A DNA stretch of 64,000 nucleotides from Nostoc sp. (GTDB lineage: Bacteria; Cyanobacteriota; Cyanobacteriia; Cyanobacteriales; Nostocaceae), in assembly GCF_036916975.1 (NCBI RefSeq), contig NZ_JBALFF010000050.1, forward strand, positions 40,633 through 104,632, in the 5' to 3' direction. Within the stretch, counting starts at the first letter, position 1, and the number at the start of each line of letters is the position of its first letter. The translations under genes were made by a program, and so were the position numbers. Under the pieces are notes generated by a model. The model saw nothing but the letters and a program-made list of their open reading frames with translations. It ran no database searches and was not told the DNA's origin. Shown in pieces: positions 53,148-63,472 of the stretch.

Positions 53148-54476
53148 TCACAAACTAAATTCTACTGCGCTATCCTCATCTACATCTGCATCTTTACCCA
53201 TCGCAGTAGGTTTAAATTTAGAGCCATGAATTAACTCACCAAACGCAATTCCTGGATTTTGGTAAAGAATATTCAGCACACTCATAAAATCTCGCACAAT
53301 TTCCCCTGGTGTCAGTAATGCTTCTGCACCCAAGCGATTAATAATTTCTTTGACAAACTCCTTTAACTCACGATTTGTTAAAGTCTGTTCATACCCAAAA
53401 TTGAGTGCATGAATCTCAGCCAAACGTTGCAAAAGCGTCAAAATTTCTGCTTCACTCAACGGATTTAACCGAATCACCGGCCCTAAATGTTCCTGAACAT
53501 TAGCTTGTGCAACAAAACGACTTTCTTTTGTGCGTCTTTGCCAAGCTTGGTCTGCAAAAAGTCCGCGTTTGGGGTCTTCTAAAAATTTAGTTGTTCCACC
53601 AACGACAATCCCAAGATGTTCAGCTTTACACTGCATGGTATCGTTAAACATTGCCAGGAGTCGATTATAATTCTTTTCCCGCGTGACTGTAGTAGATATT
53701 TGATATAAATGTACAGCTTCATCAACTAAAATTAACAGTCCTTTATAACCAATTTCAGCGACAAATTTCGCAAACAGTTTTATATAGTCATACCAACTAT
53801 CATCATCAATAATAACGCGCACTCCTAAAGCTGCTTTCGCCTCAACTTTAGTGGTAAATTCTCCGCGCAACCAACGCATCGCCGCATTTTTTAAATTATC
53901 ATCATCCAATCGGTAGCCACGCCAATAAGCGATAATCACGCTACCAAAATCAAACCCGTGAACTAAATCTTCAATAGACTGAACGACTTCCCTAATTTTC
54001 GATTCAACTTGGTTATCAAAACCATCGTCATTCGGACGCATTTCAGTTTCTTTAACTACTTCTTGTTGAATTTTATTAATCCATCCTTCCAAAATTGAGA
54101 CTAAAGCACCACCATCAGGACGAGTTTTTGTAGCTAGGTGGCTCATTAATTCTCGATAGGTAGCGACACCTTCATTATTACTTCCTGCTAATCGACGTTC
54201 CGGGGATAAATCAGCATCAGCTACTACAAAACCTTGCTCCATCGCGCGGTTGCGAAGTAGTTGCAATAAAAAACTTTTACCGGAACCGTAGTTACCAATT
54301 ATGAAACGAAATGCTGCTACACCTTCTGCAATATCATCGAGATTTTGTAATAGGCTTTTGAGTTCTTTTTCTCGCCCTACTGCTATATATTCAACTCCCA
54401 CTCTTGGTACTACCCCCGCACCAAGGGAATTGATTAAAGCTGTGGAGATTTTTTTCGATATTTTGAGCTTTGCCAT
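53148..54476 (-). CDS. DUF2791 P-loop ATPase (BrxD / Shango SngB-like)
   Basis: INSL.AGVVPRVG, VGRE.E, Walker A GNYGSGKS, GLLILVDE, AL..RL-like tail. Confidence 0.85.
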   Translation of the reverse strand: MAKLKISKKISTALINSLGAGVVPRVGVEYIAVGREKELKSLLQNLDDIAEGVAAFRFIIGNYGSGKSFLLQLLRNRAMEQGFVVADADLSPERRLAGSNNEGVATYRELMSHLATKTRPDGGALVSILEGWINKIQQEVVKETEMRPNDDGFDNQVESKIREVVQSIEDLVHGFDFGSVIIAYWRGYRLDDDNLKNAAMRWLRGEFTTKVEAKAALGVRVIIDDDSWYDYIKLFAKFVAEIGYKGLLILVDEAVHLYQISTTVTREKNYNRLLAMFNDTMQCKAEHLGIVVGGTTKFLEDPKRGLFADQAWQRRTKESRFVAQANVQEHLGPVIRLNPLSEAEILTLLQRLAEIHALNFGYEQTLTNRELKEFVKEIINRLGAEALLTPGEIVRDFMSVLNILYQNPGIAFGELIHGSKFKPTAMGKDADVDEDSAVEFSL

Positions 54477-54628
54477 GTCTTACAGTTTACTTTATTCTAA
54501 ACGCAGAAGTAATTAGCCTTGGCGAATAGAATTCGCGGCTATAGAGACAAATACCCACCTCCGTGGGTTTCAAATTCCTAGAGTCCGCGCAGGCGGACGA
54601 GAGTTTGTGTAGCCGCAATTTATATATC

Positions 54629-54718
54629 AGGACTTACGCGCAAGGAACGGAAAATCGAACCACAGAGGACGCAGAGGCCACGGAGAAATAAGAGGAAAGA
54701 GAGTTTTTTTGCGTAAGT
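54629..54718. mobile_element. Degenerate MITE with TIR AGGACTTACGC
   Basis: AGGACTTACGC...GCGTAAGTT; right end decayed. Confidence 0.6.
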
Positions 54719-54722
54719 TAAT

Positions 54723-56012
54723 TTAATTTGACGAAGCATGTCTAGCCATTCGAGCTTCATATATTGCAATCATTTTTTTGACATCATTTATATATTCTTG
54801 ATGAACTTTTGGAATTTCCGAACTTGAATCAATTATTAATTCACCAATAATATCATTTGCTCGTTGATTTATAGAATCTATTAATAGATTTGGCATAGTA
54901 ATGTTTGCTTCAGCAATTTTTTTAATAGCAGCATTAGGATTATCTTGTTCGACTATAGCTTTTAATACTTGTAGTTCGTATATTGGAAGATTTTCTAAAA
55001 AATTAGTCCATTCTTCGGGTAAATTCTCTGATGTATCAGCTTCCGAAGTATCTATGATTGCTGTAGTTTCCATTATCTCAGAAAAAGGAAACAATTCATT
55101 ATCCTCTTCATTAGAATTATCAGACAAATGTTCTGGATTGAATGTTTCTACTTGTTGGAGTAATTCCCAAACTTGATTTTGTAATGAATCTCGTTCTTCT
55201 TGCAATAACGAAACTTGCTCTTGCAACTGCTGTAATTCGGCTTTGTGTTCTGCTAATTGGGTTTGTGAAGAATTCACGATAGCTTGGATATTTTCTCTTT
55301 CGGCTTTTGTCGCTACAAGGAATTGATTTTTTTGGGTTGTCTCAACTTCTAACTCTTGAATTGCAATTCGCAGTTCGTATAATTTTTCTTCTAATTGGGG
55401 TTTGAGTCTGCCTAAAAGAGTTAAATTGCTTTCAATTTCTTGCTTCTCCTGCTGGAGTTCGGAAATTTGACTTTGTAAATGGGTAATTTCACTACGAGAT
55501 ACATTACAATTCGACTCTAGCCGGCGCTTCTCTGCTGTGAGAACAGAAAAAGCATTGTTCAATTCTGTTAAATTTTTCTGCAAGTTATTAATTTCAGTTT
55601 TCAGGCTACTGATTTCAGTTTCTAACTGCTTTTTCTGTCCGGCAAATGTTCTTAATTCTCGATGTAAACTATCCCTTTGGTTACGGCTTTCTGTTACTTG
55701 ATTTTGCAGTTGTTGTGACTCTGCATATAATAAATTATGATGTTCTTCAATTTGATTTATTTCTCTGACAACGCGAGCCTTCAATCCCTCCATCTCTTTA
55801 ATTCGTTTGTGGATAGAACCTAAAATAAACATTTCATAATTTCTGCGTCGCTTATCTACAAATAATGCTGCTGTATAGATAGTAACGGCAGTAATTAAAC
55901 CTGTGAGAAAGGCTTTATTAAAATCCCAGTTCGGGACGAGGCTAAGACCAAAACTCACACTAAAGGCAATTATCCCTAGTATAAATCGATTGCTGATCAT
56001 TACTGATTGCAT
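54723..56012 (-). CDS. Membrane-anchored coiled-coil protein with C-terminal TerB_C-like domain
   Basis: Two N-terminal TM helices, about 230 aa coiled coil, C-terminal MPNLLIDSIN..A.D.IG..II; start revised to ATG 56012. Confidence 0.75.
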   Translation of the reverse strand: MQSVMISNRFILGIIAFSVSFGLSLVPNWDFNKAFLTGLITAVTIYTAALFVDKRRRNYEMFILGSIHKRIKEMEGLKARVVREINQIEEHHNLLYAESQQLQNQVTESRNQRDSLHRELRTFAGQKKQLETEISSLKTEINNLQKNLTELNNAFSVLTAEKRRLESNCNVSRSEITHLQSQISELQQEKQEIESNLTLLGRLKPQLEEKLYELRIAIQELEVETTQKNQFLVATKAERENIQAIVNSSQTQLAEHKAELQQLQEQVSLLQEERDSLQNQVWELLQQVETFNPEHLSDNSNEEDNELFPFSEIMETTAIIDTSEADTSENLPEEWTNFLENLPIYELQVLKAIVEQDNPNAAIKKIAEANITMPNLLIDSINQRANDIIGELIIDSSSEIPKVHQEYINDVKKMIAIYEARMARHASSN

Positions 56013-56123
56013 ATTGCTGGTTTTTAGCGTAGTTAAATTATCAGAATAAGTAGCTCTCATAACTAATTCGTAATTCGTAATTCGTAATTCGTAATTAAAA
56101 TGCACATAGGAAAAGGCTTAATG

Positions 56124-57497
56124 CTAAGTGTTGGATGTATTGTTATTTGCACCAAAAAGTTTTAAATCTGCTTTTATAAAATCAACAAACTGCCGTGCTG
56201 TGCGTCCAGAACGGCCGTTGTGGCGAGTTGCCCATTGTAATGCTTGAAATTCCAAATCTTCTTGGGTAATATTAATTTCAGCTTGTGCCGTTAGATGCTG
56301 TACAATTTTTAAATAAGTTTTTTGATCGGCTGGTTCAAAGGTCAAGGTTAAACCAAAGCGATCGCTAAACGAAAGCTTCTCTTGCATCGTATCCCAAGCA
56401 TGGATTTCATCGTTATCCTTGGGGGTAGGTCTATCCACAAAAAACTCCCGAATCAAGTGGCGGCGATTGGAAGTAGCATACACAACTACATTTTGCGATC
56501 GCGCGGTTAAATTACCTTCTAAAACTACCTTAAGCCCTTTAAAGGCATCATCATCTTCTTCAAAGGAAAGATCATCGACAAATATAATAAATTTTTGTGA
56601 CACTCCTCGTAAATGTTCCACAATTTCTGGTAAGTCTTTTAAATCAGATTTTGCCACTTCTAATAAGCGAAGGCTGCCTTGGGCTTTGTCCTTGCCGGAG
56701 ACATCGCTATATTCATTTAACAAAGATTTCACTAAAGAAGATTTGCCAGAACCCCGACTACCGTAAAGTAATACATGCAGTGCCATCTCTCCTGATAATA
56801 AAAACTCTGTATTTTTCAGCAAAGCATCTTTTTGAGACTCATAACCTACAAGCGCACTCAGCTTAATTGGATCGGAATACCGAATACCGATAAACTGCCC
56901 AGCTTGCCAGCGTAAAGCGCGATATTCTGCAAATAAACCAGAGCCACATTGCCGATAATAAGCCGCTAACTCTTCTACAGCATCACCCCAATTATCTAAC
57001 TCTTGTAGATATGTAGCGAATGTCTCTCCTCCTAGCAATTCTTGCTCTTTATACCACACTACTGGCGAAATAGGCATGTGAGCTACGCCTTGTATCCACT
57101 CACTTAAAGAAGCGCTGCTACATTCATAAAGACTTTGCAATACTTCTAAATCATGCCGAACTGCTGCTACTAAAGCTGGGGGTAAATCCTCAAATTCTCG
57201 CACTTGAGCAAGCTTTGTAAAAGGATTATCACAGAAGAGAATTTGAGTAATTAAATAGTCTTCCCAATTTTGATTTTTAGCAGCTAAAGCGTGGAAGTAA
57301 CTACCGTAGGCTTGCAGACAACCCCGGGCATCGGCATCAGTGTAACGGATAGCTTGCAACAGTTCCACAAATGCCATCCCCACTTCGCCTTGCAGAACGG
57401 ACTGGTACAGTAAAAGTGAGGCTGCTTGGCGCTGGAGATATTGAACCTTTGTATATGAAGAAGTATTTGCCATTGGCATCGCTTGATTATCCATCAA
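56124..57497 (-). CDS. DUF815 family AAA+ ATPase
   Basis: LLYGSRGSGKSS, FVDDLSF, LKVVLEG, YATSNRRHL, EKLSFSDRFGL, RSGRTARQF motifs. Confidence 0.92.
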   Translation of the reverse strand: MMDNQAMPMANTSSYTKVQYLQRQAASLLLYQSVLQGEVGMAFVELLQAIRYTDADARGCLQAYGSYFHALAAKNQNWEDYLITQILFCDNPFTKLAQVREFEDLPPALVAAVRHDLEVLQSLYECSSASLSEWIQGVAHMPISPVVWYKEQELLGGETFATYLQELDNWGDAVEELAAYYRQCGSGLFAEYRALRWQAGQFIGIRYSDPIKLSALVGYESQKDALLKNTEFLLSGEMALHVLLYGSRGSGKSSLVKSLLNEYSDVSGKDKAQGSLRLLEVAKSDLKDLPEIVEHLRGVSQKFIIFVDDLSFEEDDDAFKGLKVVLEGNLTARSQNVVVYATSNRRHLIREFFVDRPTPKDNDEIHAWDTMQEKLSFSDRFGLTLTFEPADQKTYLKIVQHLTAQAEINITQEDLEFQALQWATRHNGRSGRTARQFVDFIKADLKLFGANNNTSNT

Positions 57498-57597
57498 TAA
57501 ACTGTGTGGTATAGCTAAATAGCTATGGTAAATTGTCTGCTGACCCTGGCGGTAAAGTCAAAGTCTACATAGGTTTTAACAATGAATTTAAGTATAA

Positions 57598-57900
57598 TTG
57601 CTGATGAATGCCTACGGTATATTAGCGATCGCTGGTGGTATTATTGGCTATATTCAGGCTAGAAGTAAGGTTTCACTCTTAAGTGGTAGCATTAGCGGTT
57701 TATTACTAATACTTGCGGCTTACTTTCAACTCCAAGGGCAAAGCTGGGGGTCGATTTTAGCGGTGATAGTTACTGCTGTTTTGGTAGTTGTCTTTGCAGT
57801 TCGGTTGGCTAAAACACGCAAATTTATGCCGGCGGGATTAATGACGATTTTGGGTATGTTGGCTTTGGCGGTGATGGTGAGTCAAATGGTGGGGAATTGA
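57598..57900 (+). CDS. TMEM14 family membrane protein
   Basis: YG.L...GGIIGY...SK.SL.SG, KFMPAG motifs. Confidence 0.88.
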   Translation: MLMNAYGILAIAGGIIGYIQARSKVSLLSGSISGLLLILAAYFQLQGQSWGSILAVIVTAVLVVVFAVRLAKTRKFMPAGLMTILGMLALAVMVSQMVGN

Positions 57901-57949
57901 GGGGTGAATTTAAACGCAAAGGGAAGCGCAGAGGTACGCAAAGTTGTAG

Positions 57950-58810
57950 TTAGGGCAAAATTTGGTCAATCATTCGGTTCGCTTGGGAAGCATAATCGCC
58001 GCCAAATAAATTGAAGTGATTCAAAATGTGATACAGGTTATAGAGGGTTTTTCTTTGCTCATAGCCTGGAGCTAAGGGAAAGGCTTCGTTATAACTTTTG
58101 TAAAATGCTGCGGGGAATCCACCAAATAATTCTGTCATGGCTATATCAACTTCGCGATCGCCAAAATAAGTTGCTGGATCAAATATTACTGGTTCTCCTT
58201 CTTTAGTACAACCGGCATTTCCGCCCCATAAATCGCCATGTACTAAGGAAGGTTGCACCTGATGCGTCAATAGTTTAGGGATTGCTGCTAGTAATTTTTC
58301 TTCCTGGGGGAAATTTCCTCCCTTTCGCCTTGCTAACTGGAATTGATAACCCAGGCGATGTTTAATATAAAATTCTGTCCAGTCTGCTGTCCAAGTATTG
58401 ATTTGGGGCGTGGAACCAATAGTATTGTTAATTTTCCAACCAAAACCTTGACTGCTGCTAGCTTTATGCATTGCCGCCAACTTGCGCCCCATCTCTTCCC
58501 AGGAATTGCTGTTACCGCTACCAAGTTCTAACCATTCCAGCACGATGTAGCTAGAATTCTCAGCTACACCCCAGCTTAGAGGTTTGGGGACGCGAATACT
58601 AGCTGTTGCTAGCATTTCCTTTAAACCCATTGCCTCAGCCTCAAACATCGCAACTTGGGATGCTTGGTTAATCTTAAGGAAGTAGGTTATCTCACCATTG
58701 GAGATAGCATAACCTTGATTGATGCATCCGCCACCAACCGATCGCCGTTGCTGACTCTGAAATTTTTCGCCAGTTACCTGGCTAATATGGGTGTCGATTT
58801 CAGTCCACAT
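57950..58810 (-). CDS. Fructosamine kinase family protein
   Basis: GGGCIN, FEAEA.GL, LVHGDLWGGN, DPA.YFGDREVDIAM motifs. Confidence 0.93.
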   Translation of the reverse strand: MWTEIDTHISQVTGEKFQSQQRRSVGGGCINQGYAISNGEITYFLKINQASQVAMFEAEAMGLKEMLATASIRVPKPLSWGVAENSSYIVLEWLELGSGNSNSWEEMGRKLAAMHKASSSQGFGWKINNTIGSTPQINTWTADWTEFYIKHRLGYQFQLARRKGGNFPQEEKLLAAIPKLLTHQVQPSLVHGDLWGGNAGCTKEGEPVIFDPATYFGDREVDIAMTELFGGFPAAFYKSYNEAFPLAPGYEQRKTLYNLYHILNHFNLFGGDYASQANRMIDQILP

Positions 58811-58985
58811 GATTTAATTGGGGAGTGGGGAGTAGGGGGTTGCCTACTGCATCATATATTTAAAGTCACAGAATATTGTACCCGTGACATTCTTCGTCGT
58901 CATCTGAGTTAAGCGATCGCGTGTATCATATTGCCGTGCTGTAGTTAATGGTGTCGTAAAATATCTGTTAATGGCAAATAATATA

Positions 58986-59130
58986 ATAGACCTCTTGCAC
59001 AAATGTAAAACTTGCCCTCATCCCCCAACCCCTTCTCCCAAAATTGGGAGAAGGGGAGCCAATTTCAAAGTCCCTCTCCCAAGATTGGGAGAGGGATTTA
59101 GGGAGAGGGTTTTTGATTTATGCAAGAATA
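58986..59130. repeat. Degenerate MITE-like shell (AGACCTCTTGCA...TGCAAGAA) around a double-hairpin repeat
   Basis: CCCCTTCTCCCAAAATTGGGAGAAGGGG and CCCTCTCCCAAGATTGGGAGAGGG hairpins. Confidence 0.6.
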
Positions 59131-59157
59131 CTGATTGAGCCGATCGTAACCCTAGCT

Positions 59158-59212
59158 AGTCGATGAATTGGGAACCTCACACTCACCGCTTGCAGTGAGT
59201 GTGAGTAATTTA
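59158..59212 (+). mobile_element. Possible orphan right end of an IS200/IS605-family (tnpB) element
   Basis: AGTCGATGAA-N5-GAAC, 11-bp-stem hairpin CTCACACTCAC/GTGAGTGTGAG, then TAATTTAC; layout recalled from such ends. Confidence 0.35.
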
Positions 59213-60487
59213 CGGCTTGACGACAACTACACCATAAGCGTCTGGGGAAAGATACTCTTTGGCTGCTTGCATCAAGTCGGTTGCATTTTGGCTCTGAATA
59301 TGATCTGGGTAGTTAAAGGCGGGTTCTAAATCTCCCACCAAAGACTGATAGTAGCCATACAAATTAGCGCGTTCGCTTGGTGTTTCATTGCCAAAAACAA
59401 ATCTGTTCGCTACTCGCCGCTGCATACGGGCAATTTCTGATTCTGTGACTAATTCGGTTTGGACTGTGCGAATATGTTGAGCGATCGCATCTTCTACTTC
59501 TGCTAAATTTTCCACTGCACATTTAGCTGAAATATAAAATGTCCCTTGCAGCTGATTGCTCATGTTACTCACAGAAATTGAAGAAACTAATCCCCGTTCT
59601 TCTCGTAAATCCCTCACCAGTCTTGATGTGCGTCCATGTCCCAAAATTCCGGCTAAAACATCTAGTCCATAGGTGCAATCTAACTCAACCATTCCTGGAA
59701 CCCGCCAAAGCATCACTAGTCTTGCTTGCTGGAGACTTTCATCTACAAATTCTCGACGGACAATTTCTGTAAATCGTGGCTCAGTCGGAAGTGGGGAGTG
59801 GGGAGTGGGGAGTGGGGAGTGGGAAGTACTAAGTTTTGTAAATCCTTCAGCAATGGTTGCAATTAATTCTTCTACGGGCAAATTGCCCACAGCTACAGCA
59901 GTAATTGACTGGGGTTGATACCAACTACTATGAAAATCTCGCATTTGTTGGGGTTTAAGTTCGGCAATCACCGATTCTGGCCCCAACACTGCACGGCGAT
60001 AGGGTAGTTCATCAAAAGCTGTCTCCATCGCCCGCCGAAATGTCCGCCGTTGGGGATTATCTTCTGAACGCCTAATTTCTTCTAAAACTACTAATCGCTC
60101 CCGTTCAAAAGCATCATCAGGAATACTCGCATTTGATACTACATCTATTTGTAGTGGAGCAAGGTGGGCAAAATCTTTGGGGGCTGTGGTTATATAGTAA
60201 TGAGTATAGTCTTGGCTAGTTGCGGCATTGGTAACAGCACCCCGTTCTTCAATTCGACGTTCAAACTCGCCGCTAGCAAGTCGTTCTGTTCCTTTAAAAA
60301 TCATGTGCTCTAAAAAGTGAGCCATGCCGTTAATGCTATCAGATTCTACGGCTGAACCAACTTTAATCCATAAGTTGAGGTTTACAGCTTCAACTGGCAT
60401 CTGCTCCGCTATGATTGTCAAACCATTGGGCAACTGATGCACGGTTGGGGTATTAAGACGAGGAAGTTTCCGCAGGGTTGAAGTCAT
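59210..60487 (-). CDS. M16 family (pitrilysin) zinc peptidase
   Basis: Inverted zinc motif HFLEH (GMAHFLEHMIFKGT), NAATS.DYT, ER.VVLEE. Confidence 0.95.
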   Translation of the reverse strand: MTSTLRKLPRLNTPTVHQLPNGLTIIAEQMPVEAVNLNLWIKVGSAVESDSINGMAHFLEHMIFKGTERLASGEFERRIEERGAVTNAATSQDYTHYYITTAPKDFAHLAPLQIDVVSNASIPDDAFERERLVVLEEIRRSEDNPQRRTFRRAMETAFDELPYRRAVLGPESVIAELKPQQMRDFHSSWYQPQSITAVAVGNLPVEELIATIAEGFTKLSTSHSPLPTPHSPLPTEPRFTEIVRREFVDESLQQARLVMLWRVPGMVELDCTYGLDVLAGILGHGRTSRLVRDLREERGLVSSISVSNMSNQLQGTFYISAKCAVENLAEVEDAIAQHIRTVQTELVTESEIARMQRRVANRFVFGNETPSERANLYGYYQSLVGDLEPAFNYPDHIQSQNATDLMQAAKEYLSPDAYGVVVVKP

Positions 60488-60562
60488 TGCTACTTGTGTG
60501 AGGAGCTACGTTACTTCTTTATCTTATCCGTCACGGAAAATCATATAAAAAGACCTCTAAGA

Positions 60563-60683
60563 CAATACGGTTCAGTTAAGGCTAGCACTTTTTATCAAAG
60601 TTGTTTTTTTACGAACCACAGAGGCGCAGAGGACACAGAGAGAGAAAGAAGAGAAGGAAAAATTGCTTAACTGAACTGTATTG
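60563..60683. mobile_element. 121-bp MITE with 18-bp TIR CAATAC(G/A)GTTCAGTTAAG and 10-bp target duplication ACCTCTAAGA
   Basis: TIRs at 60563-60580 and 60666-60683; identical direct repeats at 60553-60562 and 60684-60693. Confidence 0.9.
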
Positions 60684-60825
60684 ACCTCTAAGAAGGTTTT
60701 ACTATGTAAAACATGTCCCTCTCGCCCGTCGGAGAGGGACAGACTGATACTTTTGTCAAGTATAAAAATTGGAAGCATAGCCTTTCCGTGACGCAAAATT
60801 TATGCTTCCAGTAACATTCGTCGAA

Positions 60826-61122
60826 CTAGCGAGGGTAAGGGTGATTGAAGGTTTCCCAAGCAGCAATAGCCGCTTTTTGCAGGCGAAAGCTCAAGTCTAC
60901 TAAGTCTTTCATCATTAAGTGCCAGTTTCTCTCAGCTTCATCCTGAATTATCGCCCAAGAGTCTTCTAAGCGATCGCGTTCCTTCTCTTTCCTACCTTCA
61001 ATCAATTCTCGTGCTTGTCGCACAGCTTTTAAATAAGTTTCACGCGTGAGAGTACCTGCTGACTCTGCTTGGCTGCGTCTTTCTAGGGCTTCAATCAGCG
61101 CGATCGCTGAAGCGATCGCACT
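60826..61122 (-). pseudogene. 5'-truncated conserved cyanobacterial hypothetical gene
   Basis: Open frame extends upstream of the GTG as ALIEALERRSQAESAGTLTRETYLKAVRQARE and ends at a double HIP1 site without a start codon. Confidence 0.6.
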
Positions 61123-61163
61123 TTATCTCCCTTAGTAAATCCCAAAATTTGTTTAATCATTTA

Positions 61164-61802
61164 CTAAACCATCGCTTCCAATTCTTCCAAAGCTTGAAAA
61201 CTTCCTACTTGCCAACTACGTTCCACGGCAGCGGGAATAATCTGAGTAATAGCTATATCCTCAAAATTAGGACTGGTATTAGATTTTATGTATTTCCCCT
61301 CTTTCAGCAAATAAATAGAAAGGTTTCCACTGTCGTAAACCCATAATTCTGCGACTCCAATGGCTTCATAAGCATCAAGAGTAGTTTTTGATGTGACATC
61401 AGTCTCAATCGCTAAATCTGGCGGCGGATCATCAGCTTGCAAGCGGCGATGACCAATCATTTGTTGATAATTCTGAATATAAAAGCAAGCATCAGGTTCA
61501 ACTCCTGCTACACCTTGCCGTTTAAAAGTAGTGGAACCAAAAGGTTGATATCTGATATTTTTAGCCTTCAGTAATATTTTGACAATATCAGAAATTAAAT
61601 CTTTGGGTATTTCATGTTCTGGTAAAGGAGCCATAATTTCTAAATTATCCTGGCTGTAGGCAATTCGTGTAGTTCTTTTTTCTCCTAATTCTTGTAAAAT
61701 AGATTCAAATTCTTCCCAGCTAACATCTGGAATTGTCACCGTGCTACCAGGTGCTAACTGCATTTGGCTAACAGGTTTGAAAACGGGGATAGCAGCAGTC
61801 AC
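61164..61802 (-). CDS. Uma2 family endonuclease-fold protein
   Basis: VSWEEFE.IL, LEIMAPLPEHE, VEPDACFYI, PPDLAIE motifs. Confidence 0.92.
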   Translation of the reverse strand: MTAAIPVFKPVSQMQLAPGSTVTIPDVSWEEFESILQELGEKRTTRIAYSQDNLEIMAPLPEHEIPKDLISDIVKILLKAKNIRYQPFGSTTFKRQGVAGVEPDACFYIQNYQQMIGHRRLQADDPPPDLAIETDVTSKTTLDAYEAIGVAELWVYDSGNLSIYLLKEGKYIKSNTSPNFEDIAITQIIPAAVERSWQVGSFQALEELEAMV

Positions 61803-61925
61803 TCGCTTCGCTCCAATTCAAAATTCACGCATTCAAAATCTATCAGGTTGCGGTGGATAATATAGCCCACCGTAACATGATAGATTAATAGAATGAGTTT
61901 AACAAAAGCGGCTAAAAGCGATCGC

Positions 61926-63161
61926 TTACACTTTAAACTTCTCTGTAATCCGCTTCATCGCCTCTTCGACATTCTCCCGGCTGTTAAATGCCGAAATGCG
62001 GAAGTAACCTTCACCCGCAGCACCAAAGCCAGAACCAGGTGTCCCCACAACGTTGACGCTTTCCAGCAGCTTATCAAAAAACTCCCAACTGGATAAACCA
62101 TTAGGAGTTTTCACCCAAACATAAGGTGCATTCACCCCACCATAAACTGATAATCCGGCGGCTGTGAGTTTTTCGCGGATAATTTTGGCGTTTTCTAGAT
62201 AGAAATTCACCAAGCCCTTAATTTGTGCTTGTCCTTCTTCAGAGTAAACCGCTTCGGCTCCCCGTTGGACGATGTAAGAAACACCATTAAACTTGGTAGA
62301 CTGGCGACGATTCCAGAGTTTCCATAGTTCCACATCAGAACCATCGGCGGCAATTCCTGTGAGTGTCTTCGGTACTACGGTTAACGCACAACGAGTTCCT
62401 GTAAAACCTGCATTCTTAGAAAAAGACCGAAATTCGATCGCAACTTCTCTTGCACCTTCAATTTCATAAATTGAATGCGGAATCGATGGATCGGTAATAT
62501 AAGCTTCGTAGGCTGCATCAAAGAAAATAATCGAGCCATTAGCTTTAGCATAGTCTACCCATGCCTTCAAATATTCTTTGGTTGCAGTTGCGCCGGTGGG
62601 GTTATTGGGAAAGCAGAGATAAATTAAATCGACTTTCTTTGAGGGAATTTCGGCGGTGAAGTTGTTATCAGCCGTAATTGGTAGATAAACTAAGCCTTCA
62701 AACTCGCCTTTATCATTGGCATCTCCCGTATTTCCCACCATAACGTTAGTGTCTACATATACGGGGTAAACGGGGTCAGTAACGGCAATTATGTTATCAT
62801 GACCAAAGATTTCTAGAATATTGCCGGTGTCACACTTGGAACCGTCGGAGATAAAGATTTCCGAAGCATCTATATCGGCTCCCCGTGGTTGAAAATCGTG
62901 AGTAGCAATTTTTTCTCGTAACCAAGCGTAGCCTTGCTCTGGGCCGTAGCCTTTGAAGGTATTGCGATCGCTCATTTCTTCCACAGCTTTAATCATAGCT
63001 GTGCGGCAAGCCTCCGGTAGAGCTTCGGTAACATCGCCAATGCCCAGCCGAATTATTTTAGCATTACTATTCGCTTCTGCAAAGGCATTCACCCGCCGAG
63101 CAATTTCTGGAAACAGATAACCCGCTTTCAGTTTCAGGTAGTTGTCGTTAATACTTGCCAT
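61926..63161 (-). CDS. dapL: LL-diaminopimelate aminotransferase
   Basis: [55 protein letters not shown]. Confidence 0.97.
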   Translation of the reverse strand: MASINDNYLKLKAGYLFPEIARRVNAFAEANSNAKIIRLGIGDVTEALPEACRTAMIKAVEEMSDRNTFKGYGPEQGYAWLREKIATHDFQPRGADIDASEIFISDGSKCDTGNILEIFGHDNIIAVTDPVYPVYVDTNVMVGNTGDANDKGEFEGLVYLPITADNNFTAEIPSKKVDLIYLCFPNNPTGATATKEYLKAWVDYAKANGSIIFFDAAYEAYITDPSIPHSIYEIEGAREVAIEFRSFSKNAGFTGTRCALTVVPKTLTGIAADGSDVELWKLWNRRQSTKFNGVSYIVQRGAEAVYSEEGQAQIKGLVNFYLENAKIIREKLTAAGLSVYGGVNAPYVWVKTPNGLSSWEFFDKLLESVNVVGTPGSGFGAAGEGYFRISAFNSRENVEEAMKRITEKFKV

Positions 63162-63301
63162 AGTAAATTATAAAAAAACGCCCTCAAACAGCTTACTGCT
63201 AATTTATGAGGGCGGGGAGAAATCAATTCAAAATTCAAAATTCAAAATTGAAGAAAAAGAATGGAGTAGATGTAGCTTCAGCTTCTCCCAGGAAGAGAAA
63301 T

Positions 63302-63458
63302 AACTCTAAACTCCAAACTCCAAACTCCAAACTCCAAACTCCAAACTCCAAACTCCAAACTCCTAACTCCAAACTCCTAACTCCTAACTCCTAACTCCTA
63401 ACTCCTAACTCCAAACTCCAAACTCCAAACTCCAAACTCCTAACTCCTAACTCCTAAC
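63302..63458. repeat. STRR heptamer tract (AACTCCA/AACTCCT), about 22 units
   Basis: Read directly. Confidence 0.92.
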
Positions 63459-63472
63459 TTAACAATGTCCAA

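Noticed and set aside
54723-56105. Extended N-termini from the ORF track (also tatC, petA, DUF4335, kinases A and B, AGE)
   Set aside because: The extensions translate repeats or UTR sequence; downstream starts fit the family N-termini better.
63161-63460. Lysine riboswitch before dapL, and ORF 63206-63394
   Set aside because: The region is STRR/SDR repeat; no riboswitch motifs are visible and the ORF is a repeat translation.
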